Positions 1 to 9,395 of a stretch of DNA of 64,000 nucleotides are shown here, piece after piece; the stretch's first letter is position 1, and each line of letters starts with the position of its first letter. Under the pieces are notes generated by a model. It was not told the DNA's origin, ran no database searches, and saw only the letters and a program-made list of their open reading frames with translations. Position numbers and translations under genes: made by a program. Source of the stretch: an uncultured virus (IMG/VR IMGVR_UViG_2562617116_000002) (taxonomy: Duplodnaviria; Heunggongvirae; Uroviricota; Caudoviricetes). The stretch spans positions 1 through 64,000 of IMG/VR virus record IMGVR_UViG_2562617116_000002; one strand, 5' to 3'.

Positions 1-783
1 CTATTCCGCTTGGAGGAACGTTTCGAACTCTGCCAATAGCCCAACGTTTTTAACGCGATTTTCACGTGCTTTTACTGTCCATGCGGCTTGACGGAAGCTA
101 GCGTATAGGTAGTCGTCAAAGCGTCTAATTTTCTGCTGTTTTCGTTTGAGAATCGCTGCGTGCCACGCTTCAACGAATGGTTCCGGATGTTCTTCGAGTA
201 TCAGCGTCGGATCTACGCTTGCCTTAGCCCGCAATAAGATGCCGTAGTATTTATAAATTTCGTCTGCTTCGAAGTAGCGCGCCATTGCGGAGTAGATTTC
301 GCTTGGTAACGCGTTTTTAAGACCGCAGGCCGGCACCGTATCTATTACGTGATTTTTTGAAGGATTAATAGAATGCGATGGTTCATTCGTAATTTTAGGC
401 GCTTCATCCGTTGGATCTGTTGGCTTTTCGGCATCCCCACGCGTGGTCATTGTCGACTGGTCAACCGGGAGAATGACGATGATATTGGCGCCGTGGCCTC
501 CGTTTATTTTCCGTGTTGTCGCGATCTTTTGAATGATCGAAAGTGATGCGAGTTTGTTGACGACACGGCGCGCAGTCTTGACGGACTTTCCGATGAGGTC
601 CGCGAGTGTTTCCGCTTTGAGATGCGCAGCGCCGGCGAATTTGACCGCATAGCGAGCGATCGTTTTTAGCGTCAGCCGGTCCGTGTCGTTTAATTCGTAT
701 GTATTGCGCTTGATGTGTTCGTAGACTGCCGTGTTGAGTTCGGCCGTCGAGTCGAACGTTTGATGTTCCGCTAAGTAATGCAT
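1..783 (-). CDS. Helix-turn-helix protein, replication-initiator-like
   Basis: Likely ATG at 783 after GGAG; wHTH 'LKAETLADLIGKSVKTARRVVNKL', low-complexity linker, helical C-terminal domain. Confidence 0.6.
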   Translation of the reverse strand: MHYLAEHQTFDSTAELNTAVYEHIKRNTYELNDTDRLTLKTIARYAVKFAGAAHLKAETLADLIGKSVKTARRVVNKLASLSIIQKIATTRKINGGHGANIIVILPVDQSTMTTRGDAEKPTDPTDEAPKITNEPSHSINPSKNHVIDTVPACGLKNALPSEIYSAMARYFEADEIYKYYGILLRAKASVDPTLILEEHPEPFVEAWHAAILKRKQQKIRRFDDYLYASFRQAAWTVKARENRVKNVGLLAEFETFLQAE

Positions 784-914
784 CTTTATCACTCCATAAC
801 GAGATGTCGTTATCACGAGTATAAATAACTCCATCACACTATGTCAACATTTTTATTTACTCGATGTGCATATATCGTTATAATAGGATTAATATCAAAA
901 GGAGGCGATATGGT

Positions 915-1127
915 TTGCAACTTTACGTTAAACTTGACGAAATCCTACGAGAGCGTGGGTGGAGTGGAAAAGTATTAGCAGAGAATTCAGGAGTGAGCGA
1001 AAACAGGATAAGCGAAATTAGGGGGAATCAACGAACTACAATTAATCGTGAACACATCGCTAAGATTATGAAAGCGCTGGATATCACAGACATGAATGAA
1101 CTATTCGAGATTCGCGAGGGGGAATAG
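915..1127 (+). CDS. Xre/Cro-family HTH regulator
   Basis: AAAGGAGG then TTG at 915; 'LAENSGVSENRISEI' HTH; divergent SigA-like promoters in 818-884. Confidence 0.85.
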   Translation: MQLYVKLDEILRERGWSGKVLAENSGVSENRISEIRGNQRTTINREHIAKIMKALDITDMNELFEIREGE

Positions 1128-1129
1128 TA

Positions 1130-2131
1130 ATGATTAAAGGGGAATCTGTTTTCAAGGGAGAAGTTGATGTAAAACACCTATTTAAACAAGGGGAAGACGG
1201 TGATGTGATGGCTGTTGTCTTCTCTGGATTCAGCACAGAAGGAAAGCCGCCTCTATATAACTACATACGAACGTTAGAAGGATTTACCTGTAGCACTTTG
1301 TTTATTTTAGATGATTTCGGTTGCCGCGGCAGTTACTATCTATGTAAACAAAGAGACTTTTCAATTGAGCGATCAGTAATTTCACTTATCAATAAAATAG
1401 CTGAAGAAAAGGGAATAAAAAAGATTATTTCATGCGGGTCAAGTAAAGGCGGCTATGCTTCTTTGTATTATGCCATCAAATACGGATTTGATGCGGCAAT
1501 ATGCGGGTCTCCGCAGTATTATTTAGGAGATTACCTTATTAGTACAAAAAACCAGTCTATGAATGAGGTCGCAAAATTTATGTCCGGCGGATGTTTTCAA
1601 AATGATAAACTATTTTTAAACAGTATCCTCCGAGATGTTATACTCAATTCCCAAAATAAACCCGAACTTTACATCCATTTAGGTGAGGGCGAAATACATT
1701 ATACTCATCACGTTAAACCAATGATTGAAGATCTTAAATCCTCTGGAAGAGAGTACAAGTTGGATTTAGGTCCTTATAGCTCCCATGCAGAAGTCGCAAA
1801 GTTTTTCCCTGAGTTCCTAAGAAAAAATATATCCAGGAAACTTAATAGCCCCTATGTTATATTTGAAGAGCAAGCAAAATCAGATATATATAAGGGAGCC
1901 TCCTGCTTATTCCAAGTCAACAAGGATCGCGAAGGGGATTTATATGCGTGGTATATTTATAAAGACGGAGAAATAATAGAGCGAAGAATGTATGAAGAGT
2001 CCCCAGAAACGTTAGTGAATTTTCATGATACTGGTGAATATATGGTTAAGGCTTTTGTCCGCAATAAGCACAAACGAAAAACATCATTAAAAAGTAGTTC
2101 TTTCCAGGTAAAAGAAGCCCCATCCGGTTAA
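1130..2131 (+). CDS. Alpha/beta-hydrolase (Asp2-like) with C-terminal Y_Y_Y-like beta domain; moron
   Basis: Nucleophile elbow GSSKGG, late His (SSHAE); C-terminal 'YAWYIYKDGE...GEYMVKAFVR'; AT-rich. Confidence 0.6.
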   Translation: MIKGESVFKGEVDVKHLFKQGEDGDVMAVVFSGFSTEGKPPLYNYIRTLEGFTCSTLFILDDFGCRGSYYLCKQRDFSIERSVISLINKIAEEKGIKKIISCGSSKGGYASLYYAIKYGFDAAICGSPQYYLGDYLISTKNQSMNEVAKFMSGGCFQNDKLFLNSILRDVILNSQNKPELYIHLGEGEIHYTHHVKPMIEDLKSSGREYKLDLGPYSSHAEVAKFFPEFLRKNISRKLNSPYVIFEEQAKSDIYKGASCLFQVNKDREGDLYAWYIYKDGEIIERRMYEESPETLVNFHDTGEYMVKAFVRNKHKRKTSLKSSSFQVKEAPSG

Positions 2132-2143
2132 GGACGGGGTTTT
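2113..2143. terminator. Probable bidirectional terminator
   Basis: AAGCCCCATCC-GGTTAA-GGACGGGGTTTTT between convergent genes. Confidence 0.7.
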
Positions 2144-2144
2144 A

Positions 2145-2465
2145 CTAACTCGCCTTATTCTTTTTGTTCGGTTTCACCCAATCAACCGCGATATTTTGTC
2201 TACAACGTTTGCAACTATCGTTTATTTTTCCAGTCGTAACGAAATTTCTATCAAAACCACAATTAGGGCAGGTATACTTGGCGCCACCTAATGCCACCGC
2301 GAAAAAAGGGAGGCTAAATAGTGCAAGACCGAATCCAGGTAGTATTCCGATAATCGTAATTACTAAAATTGCCGAAATTAACATAAGAAAAATACCGATA
2401 AATAAACTGGTTATTCTCATAAGTCCAAAACGCTTTTTTGCTACAGTGACGGTTTTAAACTCCAA
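2145..2465 (-). CDS. Two-TM membrane protein with C-terminal zinc ribbon
   Basis: Hydrophobic hairpin followed by CPNC...CKRC. Confidence 0.7.
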   Translation of the reverse strand: MEFKTVTVAKKRFGLMRITSLFIGIFLMLISAILVITIIGILPGFGLALFSLPFFAVALGGAKYTCPNCGFDRNFVTTGKINDSCKRCRQNIAVDWVKPNKKNKAS

Positions 2466-2586
2466 AATAAATCCCCCAATCTTTATCGTTAGTAAAATTA
2501 TACTCTATCGGAAGTCCTTACCGCAATCTCATTATGTAACACGAGCACCTACGCTTTTATACGTAGGCGCCCGCCAAAAGTTCCGC

Positions 2587-2933
2587 TTACTTAGTAGTTC
2601 CTTCACGTTTCACACCGATCTCGAAAAGACCAGTCGCAGCGAGGCCCGCAAAGCCGCCGGCCCACAGCCGCAATATAAGTTCGAGGTCCGTAAACGGATA
2701 TGCTACCGCTCCGAGTACGATCCCCAAAGCGAAGCTTACCGCCGGTACGATGTTGGTCGGCATGTTGACCGTTTTCTTAACGAGTTGAACTAGNCCGCTC
2801 CGAGTACGATCCCCAAAGCGAAGCTTACCGCCGGTACGATGTTGGTCGGCATGTTGACCGTTTTCTTAACGAGTTGAACTAGCGCCGTAAGGATAGGCGC
2901 CAATACAGTCGCGAACAATAGTACTTCTTCCAT
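2587..2933 (-). CDS. Holin (85 aa once the 89-nt assembly duplication is removed)
   Basis: MEEVLLFATVLAPILTALVQLVKK...GLAATGLFEIGVKREGTTK; three hydrophobic segments; follows the lysin; absent from the ORF track because of the N junction. Confidence 0.85.
2706..2882. repeat. 88-bp exact duplication around N at 2794 (assembly overlap)
   Basis: 2706-2793 is identical to 2795-2882. Confidence 0.9.
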
Positions 2934-2954
2934 TTATATCGTCTCCCTTTTCGA

Positions 2955-3692
2955 TTAGTTTACGGAATAGCCTTCTTTTTTCAACGCCGCAGCAAGTTTC
3001 GCTTTCGTTTTCGGTCCATAGATTCCATCGGCTGCGAGTCCGTGCATCAACTGGAACCGTTTGACTGCGTCTTTCGTCTTCGGTCCGTAATAGCCGTCGA
3101 TTCCGTTATTCTTTGCGCCTTTGTCCGGATAGAAATAAACAGCCGCGCAAGCCTCCTGAATCTGACGGACGGCAGTTCCGTGCATCATCGGTTTTTTGTA
3201 TTTGTAAATTCCACCCGGCAGCGTGAACGTCTTTTTAGACGATCCAGATTTTTTCGGACCTGAAGACGCAGGTTTTGACACCGATTTTTTACCGAAAGTG
3301 TCCGTTCCATATCCTTTGTAGTTGAATTGAAGATGCGGCTTATCTACGAATCCTTTCCAGTCTCCGCCCCATTCAAAGCCGAGCTTCTTCGCGTAAGCAA
3401 CTGCTTTTTTGACGTCCCCAGATCCGTACCCGTTCCACAACGTCTTCTTACCGTCAACCGGTACAAAGTCAAGCGCCTGGCCTACGAGGTGATACGACTT
3501 CATCGTCTGTGACGCACCTTTTGCTACATTCTCCCGTTGTTGCGCTTCCGTCCTGATAGTTTCGTAGATCAACAGATCGATCTTATTGGCGATCAGATAG
3601 TCGTACCACTTGAGCGCAGCCGCTTTCGTGTTATCGGCCAACTTCGCGATATTCTCCCTGTTCCGTGAATCATACGTAGGTTTCCATGCCAT
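2955..3692 (-). CDS. Endolysin: M15C L-Ala-D-Glu peptidase with C-terminal peptidoglycan-binding domain
   Basis: 'SYHLVGQALD' and 'WGGDW..FVDKPHLQ' motifs; 'DGYYGPKT...DGIYGPKT'; start MAWKP after AAGGGAG. Confidence 0.9.
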   Translation of the reverse strand: MAWKPTYDSRNRENIAKLADNTKAAALKWYDYLIANKIDLLIYETIRTEAQQRENVAKGASQTMKSYHLVGQALDFVPVDGKKTLWNGYGSGDVKKAVAYAKKLGFEWGGDWKGFVDKPHLQFNYKGYGTDTFGKKSVSKPASSGPKKSGSSKKTFTLPGGIYKYKKPMMHGTAVRQIQEACAAVYFYPDKGAKNNGIDGYYGPKTKDAVKRFQLMHGLAADGIYGPKTKAKLAAALKKEGYSVN

Positions 3693-3758
3693 GCAATCGT
3701 CTCCCTTTTTGTTAATTTTGCGTATATAAAAAACCCGCCGGACTCTCACCGAACGGGC

Positions 3759-4022
3759 TCATAAAAATAGCGCAATTCCCGAGATCGTCAATCCAACGAT
3801 CGTGAGAATTACGCCCCATAACCATTTCGTATTTGCTTTCATATCAGAGATATCCGCTTGGCTCTCTTTCGCGAGTATCAACGCCTCGTCGGCCTTTTCA
3901 TACGCTCGATCTGCCGTATGTTTTACTTCGTTGAAATAATCGACCTTCGTATCGATACGCACAAGCCATTCGCGAATGTCGGCTATCTTATCGTTTAATT
4001 CGTTGTTCGATGGTTCGCCCAA
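3759..4022 (-). CDS. XhlA-like lysis protein
   Basis: Coiled coil followed by 'NTKWLWG' and a C-terminal TM helix; position before the lysin. Confidence 0.75.
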   Translation of the reverse strand: MGEPSNNELNDKIADIREWLVRIDTKVDYFNEVKHTADRAYEKADEALILAKESQADISDMKANTKWLWGVILTIVGLTISGIALFL

Positions 4023-4034
4023 TGATTACGCCTC

Positions 4035-5900
4035 CTATCCGTTTAACCATGCGCGAGTTGTTCTGATCATCGTGGATCGTCCAGACCATCCTGACTTAAA
4101 TTTCAGGTAAAAGTTTCGAGCTTTATACGTAGGAATACCGAGATCGACGTTTATCTGCGCAAAGTTTGTTTTATCTTTCACAGTGGGGATTACCACTTCG
4201 GCGACTATTTTATCCAGCCCATCAGATACATCAAACTCTTCAAGTCTAACGTAAGTATTAAGGGTGGGATCTGTTTCCGAGTAATGCAGGATAGCTCCAA
4301 CGTTTATATTTAAAAACCGAGCATCATGCGAAATATATAGAACCTCCGCGTTCGTGTATGATGTGGAAGATGTCCTGTAATAACCCCCCGTATATTCAAC
4401 ATCTGTCGTGTTAAAAAAGGGCTTTTCTTGGATCGCTAAGTTAAAAGCGAACTTTCCGTTATTAACAAGGACCGCGCCGTCCGGCCTCTCGATCGATACG
4501 GCGCCTTTCGCAACGTATAAGCCACGCGAATCTAACCGAACAAACTTATTACGATCCGCCTCGTTTATCGCGATCAAGTAGTTTCCGTCCCAATAAAAAA
4601 GATCACCGTTACCGATGATCTGAATATTGTTCGTTTTTATTTGTCCGGCTGTCAAAACGCTTGTGACGACGCCGTCAGCGGTGATCGCTTCTTTAAACGT
4701 CTTGCCTCCGTCAGTCGTTACGCCTAATCCGCTCGACCTCAGCGCAACGAAACGGTTTGGGTCGTTTGGATCTCGCGCGATAATTCCCATGCCTTCCGGA
4801 TATTCAAGTTGCGTTAACGAGTTATTAAGCGCCTCGGTTGCGCGCTGCACCGCTTCATCATACACGTTGTAGCGAAGCTTTCCGGAATTCCCATCGTATA
4901 TCTTGTCGAGCAACTGTTTCGAATACGAAATAACGGACTTTGCGAACGTTTTTAACGTCGAAGCAAGCGTAATCCTCGGCGCCTTATTCGATTCCGGGTA
5001 TTCTTCTATCTCCATTACGCGAAGATTCAGCTTTATGTCTAGCGGCTCGTAGATCGTCGGAACAGTATCGCCTAGACCCGGTTTAGCTACCGTATAGCCT
5101 GCGTTTTTCAATTCGACGAAATCAAGTTCGATCGTAATTTCCGGCTTATCCTGGAGCTTCGCTTTTAAATAACGCTCCAAAGTCGCTTTATGCGTGATCG
5201 TCTCGTTCGTATAAATCGGCGCGTGGCGAATTCCGTAAAGTCCAGCAAGAGGCGACGTATACTCCGCTGTGACCATCGGATTACCTTCGTTGTCCTTTTT
5301 CCCCTCTCCGCGAATATACGTTGATAGATTCGAGCTGTCGACCGTTTTCCTAAATGTTTTGACGTTGTGGTTATATCGGAATTGAAAATCGGGTGAGCTT
5401 CCGATCTGTTTCCTAATACGTACATCTCGCCCAACAATTTCGTACTCAGCTTCGAACCTATCAAGAGCGTGTGTGAATAACGAAATGCAGTTGTCGTTTC
5501 CGAAATTCTCGAACTCTGCCGTGTCGAATGAATCGATAACGCTAAACGTCCAACCCGTGTCGCGAAAGATAAAATCGAGAATAACATTGATTGATTTAAC
5601 GCCATCCTTTAGCGTGTCGTATCGAAATTCGTCAATGAGATCGAAGAAAACATGCGGAGCCGTTACGGTTTTAACCGGTGTGACTCCGACTAGTTGATCC
5701 ACGCACTGCTTAATTCGATAGTCAATTCCGTTGTATGTTATGACGGATTCCTCTTCGACAAGATCGAAAGCATGTGCGTTATGATCTGTTTTCGGCAATA
5801 AAAAAGACAGTGAAATATCGCCGTTCACTGTCCGTTTTATCGCTAGGTTTGTATAGCCGGTCAGCACTTCGGAAGACCCGGTTATATTCTTTATCTTCAT
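4035..5900 (-). CDS. Tal-type tail protein (prophage tail endopeptidase family)
   Basis: 'DFQFRYNHNV', 'TYIRGEGK', 'EYTSPLA..YGIRHA', 'AITADGV' motifs. Confidence 0.85.
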   Translation of the reverse strand: MKIKNITGSSEVLTGYTNLAIKRTVNGDISLSFLLPKTDHNAHAFDLVEEESVITYNGIDYRIKQCVDQLVGVTPVKTVTAPHVFFDLIDEFRYDTLKDGVKSINVILDFIFRDTGWTFSVIDSFDTAEFENFGNDNCISLFTHALDRFEAEYEIVGRDVRIRKQIGSSPDFQFRYNHNVKTFRKTVDSSNLSTYIRGEGKKDNEGNPMVTAEYTSPLAGLYGIRHAPIYTNETITHKATLERYLKAKLQDKPEITIELDFVELKNAGYTVAKPGLGDTVPTIYEPLDIKLNLRVMEIEEYPESNKAPRITLASTLKTFAKSVISYSKQLLDKIYDGNSGKLRYNVYDEAVQRATEALNNSLTQLEYPEGMGIIARDPNDPNRFVALRSSGLGVTTDGGKTFKEAITADGVVTSVLTAGQIKTNNIQIIGNGDLFYWDGNYLIAINEADRNKFVRLDSRGLYVAKGAVSIERPDGAVLVNNGKFAFNLAIQEKPFFNTTDVEYTGGYYRTSSTSYTNAEVLYISHDARFLNINVGAILHYSETDPTLNTYVRLEEFDVSDGLDKIVAEVVIPTVKDKTNFAQINVDLGIPTYKARNFYLKFKSGWSGRSTMIRTTRAWLNG

Positions 5901-8545
5901 TCGGTGCCCTCCTCGTAAACCTCTCCGGTAATTGCTGCGTACTGCTCACGGCTAATTTTCGAAAGAGTAACGTAATTAGCGACCTGTTCTTTCGTATATT
6001 TTCCGTTCGAGTAAAGAATACGAATGTTCTTAAACCACCAATCCGGATCGCTTTGATCTGCGAGGTATAAAAGTAAATCAGCGTTTTGCGAAAGCGCAAC
6101 TGATCCAGATGAATCCGGCGTGAGTTTGTTAACTTTTGCGGTCAGGACCTGAACCTGTGCGTAAAGCTCTTGAACCGATTTAATCAGCAACCCGATGAAC
6201 TCTTCATATCGAAGTCCGTAAATAAATTCGCCTGTTTCATTTCCTTCCTCGTCATAAGCCGGAGTCTTAGAAATTGGCGCAAAGTCATCAGTAGAGATGC
6301 CGAAGCTATTAACGACTTCCTCGACCTCTTGCGCAATTAGGCCGTGATGGGTGCGTCCGGAATGGCCGTCTTTGTGCTTATAGGACACCGGGTGAAGTTT
6401 ATTGATGAATGAAAGGCCGAGTGTTTCATCTTGGATATCTTGTTTATAATTACGGTCAGAGGTTGAGATAGTCCCGGATGCGACGAATATACTCGCCCAA
6501 CGCACGGCACTAATTCCGATCGATTCTTTGTTATCTATTTTCGGGTTCAAGAATCCTAAAATCTCTTTGTTTTTAGTTTTCCACCCGTCAATTTGATCAA
6601 CCGGCCATGTTCCATCAAGATATTTATTTTCGACTATCTCACACACAGGAGTTCCTATGGTAGCGTCTGTCGGGGTGTCTAATCGAATCCCTCGACCTAT
6701 ATTAATAAATCTATTTCTAACAATCGCGATCCTGTTAGTGTTTGGATGCCCGTAAACCCCGTAATTTGCGTTTCCTGAGCCGTTAAAGACATTATTGTGA
6801 ATTTCTACCCCGCAAACATAGGATTCAATGCGAACAGGTTTTGCTGAACTACCTGACATGTTGTTTACGATGTTGCCAGATATCTCGATTCCAGTTTCTC
6901 CGGTGAATTGATTTGTTGAGTTGCGCGAAATATATATACCCTGATTTACGTTGGTGATTGTGTTATTCGAGAAAAGAGCTCCGATCCATTTAAACTGTTG
7001 CCCTTCGTTTTCCCCATCGATTACTCTGATCCCATCTTTAAATCCCGATATTGTATTACCATCGACGATACAATCTCTCGCCCATCCTTCGAATAGTGCC
7101 AGCCCATGACTAGATGTGTCAGAAGCTCCGGTTAACATATTGCCTCTAATGAGCGATGATCTTGTTCGGATTGAAACCCCATTTAATTGGCATTCAGTAA
7201 AGATGTTTCCGGTCACAGTAACTTTGTACGTTCCTCCATGACTAGTCATCGGATTCTGCGTAGATCCTTTCGATCCGCAGAGATTTACGTAACAGTTAAG
7301 TGAAGGAGTTTCCCCGGATTTATATGTGATATCAAACGGTTGAGTCCCATTCTCTGCATATGACTGAAAGAACCCACAATCTTGCGAAGACACTGCTTTA
7401 AACGCATTCCTGTAATAAATATCGGCAGGCTCCGTTGTGGTGTCGTAGTATATTCGACTACCACTGTCGCCACAAGCAAGAGAGGTTTCAAACGTAATAA
7501 ATGACCCATCCGATACACTATAAGCTGTGTTGTTTCTTGTATAGCAATGGTTAGCGTATTTGACACTGATAAATCTTGAAGCCGTGCCCGTGAAATTAAG
7601 TCCTTCGATAATTACGTTTTCAATGGGCGTTACCTTCTGAATTGTCGTTGTTGCCCGCGCCGTCGAAGACGTTTCGTTTGCGCCGTCGGTCCGATAATCC
7701 GGGAATAGAAGCCCCGCTGTGATTTCGAAAGAAGTCGATGACGTTACCGTTTTTACTCGGGCATACTCTCCGAAATAACATCCCGGGGCACTAGGCGTTG
7801 CATACCCTAAACGCCAATTTTCTCCTGCGTCAGAAGAAAGAGCGTCCCGTTGCGATTTTATCCGTACTAAATCACCGACATTAAGTCCGTGATCAGTGGT
7901 TGTCTGTATTGTCTTGCTGCCCATCGTTAAGTTAGCTGCAATCGGAATCTCTTCTCCAATAGAACCTTCGACTACAATAGCGTATCCGCCGTTTACCTCA
8001 ATCTTCACAGCAGGATCGCTCGTGATCCGTACGTTACTTTTCGCATATATAGGCGCTGTTAACTTAACATCCTTCGAAATGTGAACGTTGCCAAGTCCGT
8101 TCTGAGACGCGTACTCAATCGCTTTATTGATGGCCGCAGCATCTGTATCGCCTTCTTCTTTGAAGTCCAGCGCGTTAAGACTAAGAGATTGGACCGATGA
8201 TTGAGTCGACATGACTTCGACTTGGTTAGCGTCGATACGCTCTTTTAGCGTTGAGTATTCTTTTCCGTTATAGTCAACGCGAGCTTGTGCGGTTTCGGGG
8301 TCGATAGAACCTTCGAGCACAACTCCGTTAAATTGCTCCTGAACATTTTTCGCAACACGTTCGGCATCGCCTGCGGTGGTTAACGCCTGACCAGCCGTAG
8401 TCTTTGCGGCCTTCGCTTCCGAAAGCGCCTCGTCCATTTGCGCCTTTGATGCCGATACGTCTCCGTTCATAGCCCGGAAATTTTCGTTTATCGTGTTCCG
8501 AAATTCGCGGTCTAATGGCGCTTTTACGTCTTTAATATTCGCCAT
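5897..8545 (-). CDS. Tail spike/receptor-binding protein: beta-helix, S74 intramolecular chaperone, C-terminal XkdX-like segment
   Basis: Pectin-lyase-like repeats; 'SDRNYKQDI' and 'HHGLIAQEV'; terminal 'YSNGKYTKEQVANYV...ISREQYAAITGE'. Confidence 0.8.
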   Translation of the reverse strand: MANIKDVKAPLDREFRNTINENFRAMNGDVSASKAQMDEALSEAKAAKTTAGQALTTAGDAERVAKNVQEQFNGVVLEGSIDPETAQARVDYNGKEYSTLKERIDANQVEVMSTQSSVQSLSLNALDFKEEGDTDAAAINKAIEYASQNGLGNVHISKDVKLTAPIYAKSNVRITSDPAVKIEVNGGYAIVVEGSIGEEIPIAANLTMGSKTIQTTTDHGLNVGDLVRIKSQRDALSSDAGENWRLGYATPSAPGCYFGEYARVKTVTSSTSFEITAGLLFPDYRTDGANETSSTARATTTIQKVTPIENVIIEGLNFTGTASRFISVKYANHCYTRNNTAYSVSDGSFITFETSLACGDSGSRIYYDTTTEPADIYYRNAFKAVSSQDCGFFQSYAENGTQPFDITYKSGETPSLNCYVNLCGSKGSTQNPMTSHGGTYKVTVTGNIFTECQLNGVSIRTRSSLIRGNMLTGASDTSSHGLALFEGWARDCIVDGNTISGFKDGIRVIDGENEGQQFKWIGALFSNNTITNVNQGIYISRNSTNQFTGETGIEISGNIVNNMSGSSAKPVRIESYVCGVEIHNNVFNGSGNANYGVYGHPNTNRIAIVRNRFINIGRGIRLDTPTDATIGTPVCEIVENKYLDGTWPVDQIDGWKTKNKEILGFLNPKIDNKESIGISAVRWASIFVASGTISTSDRNYKQDIQDETLGLSFINKLHPVSYKHKDGHSGRTHHGLIAQEVEEVVNSFGISTDDFAPISKTPAYDEEGNETGEFIYGLRYEEFIGLLIKSVQELYAQVQVLTAKVNKLTPDSSGSVALSQNADLLLYLADQSDPDWWFKNIRILYSNGKYTKEQVANYVTLSKISREQYAAITGEVYEEGTE

Positions 8546-8566
8546 ACATCCGCCTCCCTTCCGTGT

Positions 8567-9388
8567 TTATAAATAATAAAAGCGAAAGTCGAACGAGACT
8601 TCCGCTATTTCTTCGCCAGATACTTGTATACTGTTCCATCCGGGAGCAAGCGTAATAAGACCGTAATTCGTTTTATCGGTCAATGACGTCGCGCTTCTCA
8701 CCGTCCGTGTGCCGTCGATGACGATCGGCAACGTCGTGTTCATACTCCCGGTATATGTCCATTGGTCTTGCGTCGTTGCGTTATACAATCCGATTGAAAC
8801 TTTCGAGATATTCTTCTTTGACTTAATCGTAATTTTCAGCGGCTTGTTTCGAGGATCGACCGTTGCATCTCCTGCGTTATAAATCTGGAAGGCCTTCGAT
8901 GTATGAACGTACTGGTAATCCTCCGCAAAAAGGCCGTTTCCGAATCCCCACAAGTTTACATCCGTTGTGAAGTTCGAAAGAGATGTGCCGACTGACTCCG
9001 CGTAAGGGCTGGCGCTAATAAACGGTACCTCAATAAAGCCGTAAATGCGTTGCTGATCCGGCGAAAACTTTCCGTCAACTTTAGCGAGCCAACGACGCCA
9101 AGGTTCCCGCGAATCGATAATATAAAAGGATTCTTTCGATTGAAATATCCGATAAACTTCGTTTCTTAACAACGGATAATCGTAATAGTCTACCGCCTTA
9201 AAATAAAAGGACCCCGTCATTGTTCGAGGTCCATACGTTGTTCCGACGTCTATAGCCCCATCCATGCCTTCTACCGTTTCAGTTGCGTTAATTGCCTCGG
9301 GTGAATCGATGACGAAATCACGCGTAACTATTCCGTGTTCGGACAGGACGTATTTATCTCCATTTAGTCTTTCGATTGTTAAATCCAT
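8567..9388 (-). CDS. Distal tail protein (Dit)
   Basis: Follows the tape measure gene; 'PYAESVG', 'IYNAGD..VDP', 'LAPGWN..FDFRFYYL'. Confidence 0.85.
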   Translation of the reverse strand: MDLTIERLNGDKYVLSEHGIVTRDFVIDSPEAINATETVEGMDGAIDVGTTYGPRTMTGSFYFKAVDYYDYPLLRNEVYRIFQSKESFYIIDSREPWRRWLAKVDGKFSPDQQRIYGFIEVPFISASPYAESVGTSLSNFTTDVNLWGFGNGLFAEDYQYVHTSKAFQIYNAGDATVDPRNKPLKITIKSKKNISKVSIGLYNATTQDQWTYTGSMNTTLPIVIDGTRTVRSATSLTDKTNYGLITLAPGWNSIQVSGEEIAEVSFDFRFYYL

Positions 9389-9395
9389 TCGTTAA

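Noticed and set aside
2706..2882. 88-bp tandem duplication disrupting the holin
   Set aside because: Exact copy on both sides of a single N; removing it restores an intact 85-aa holin, so it is an assembly overlap.
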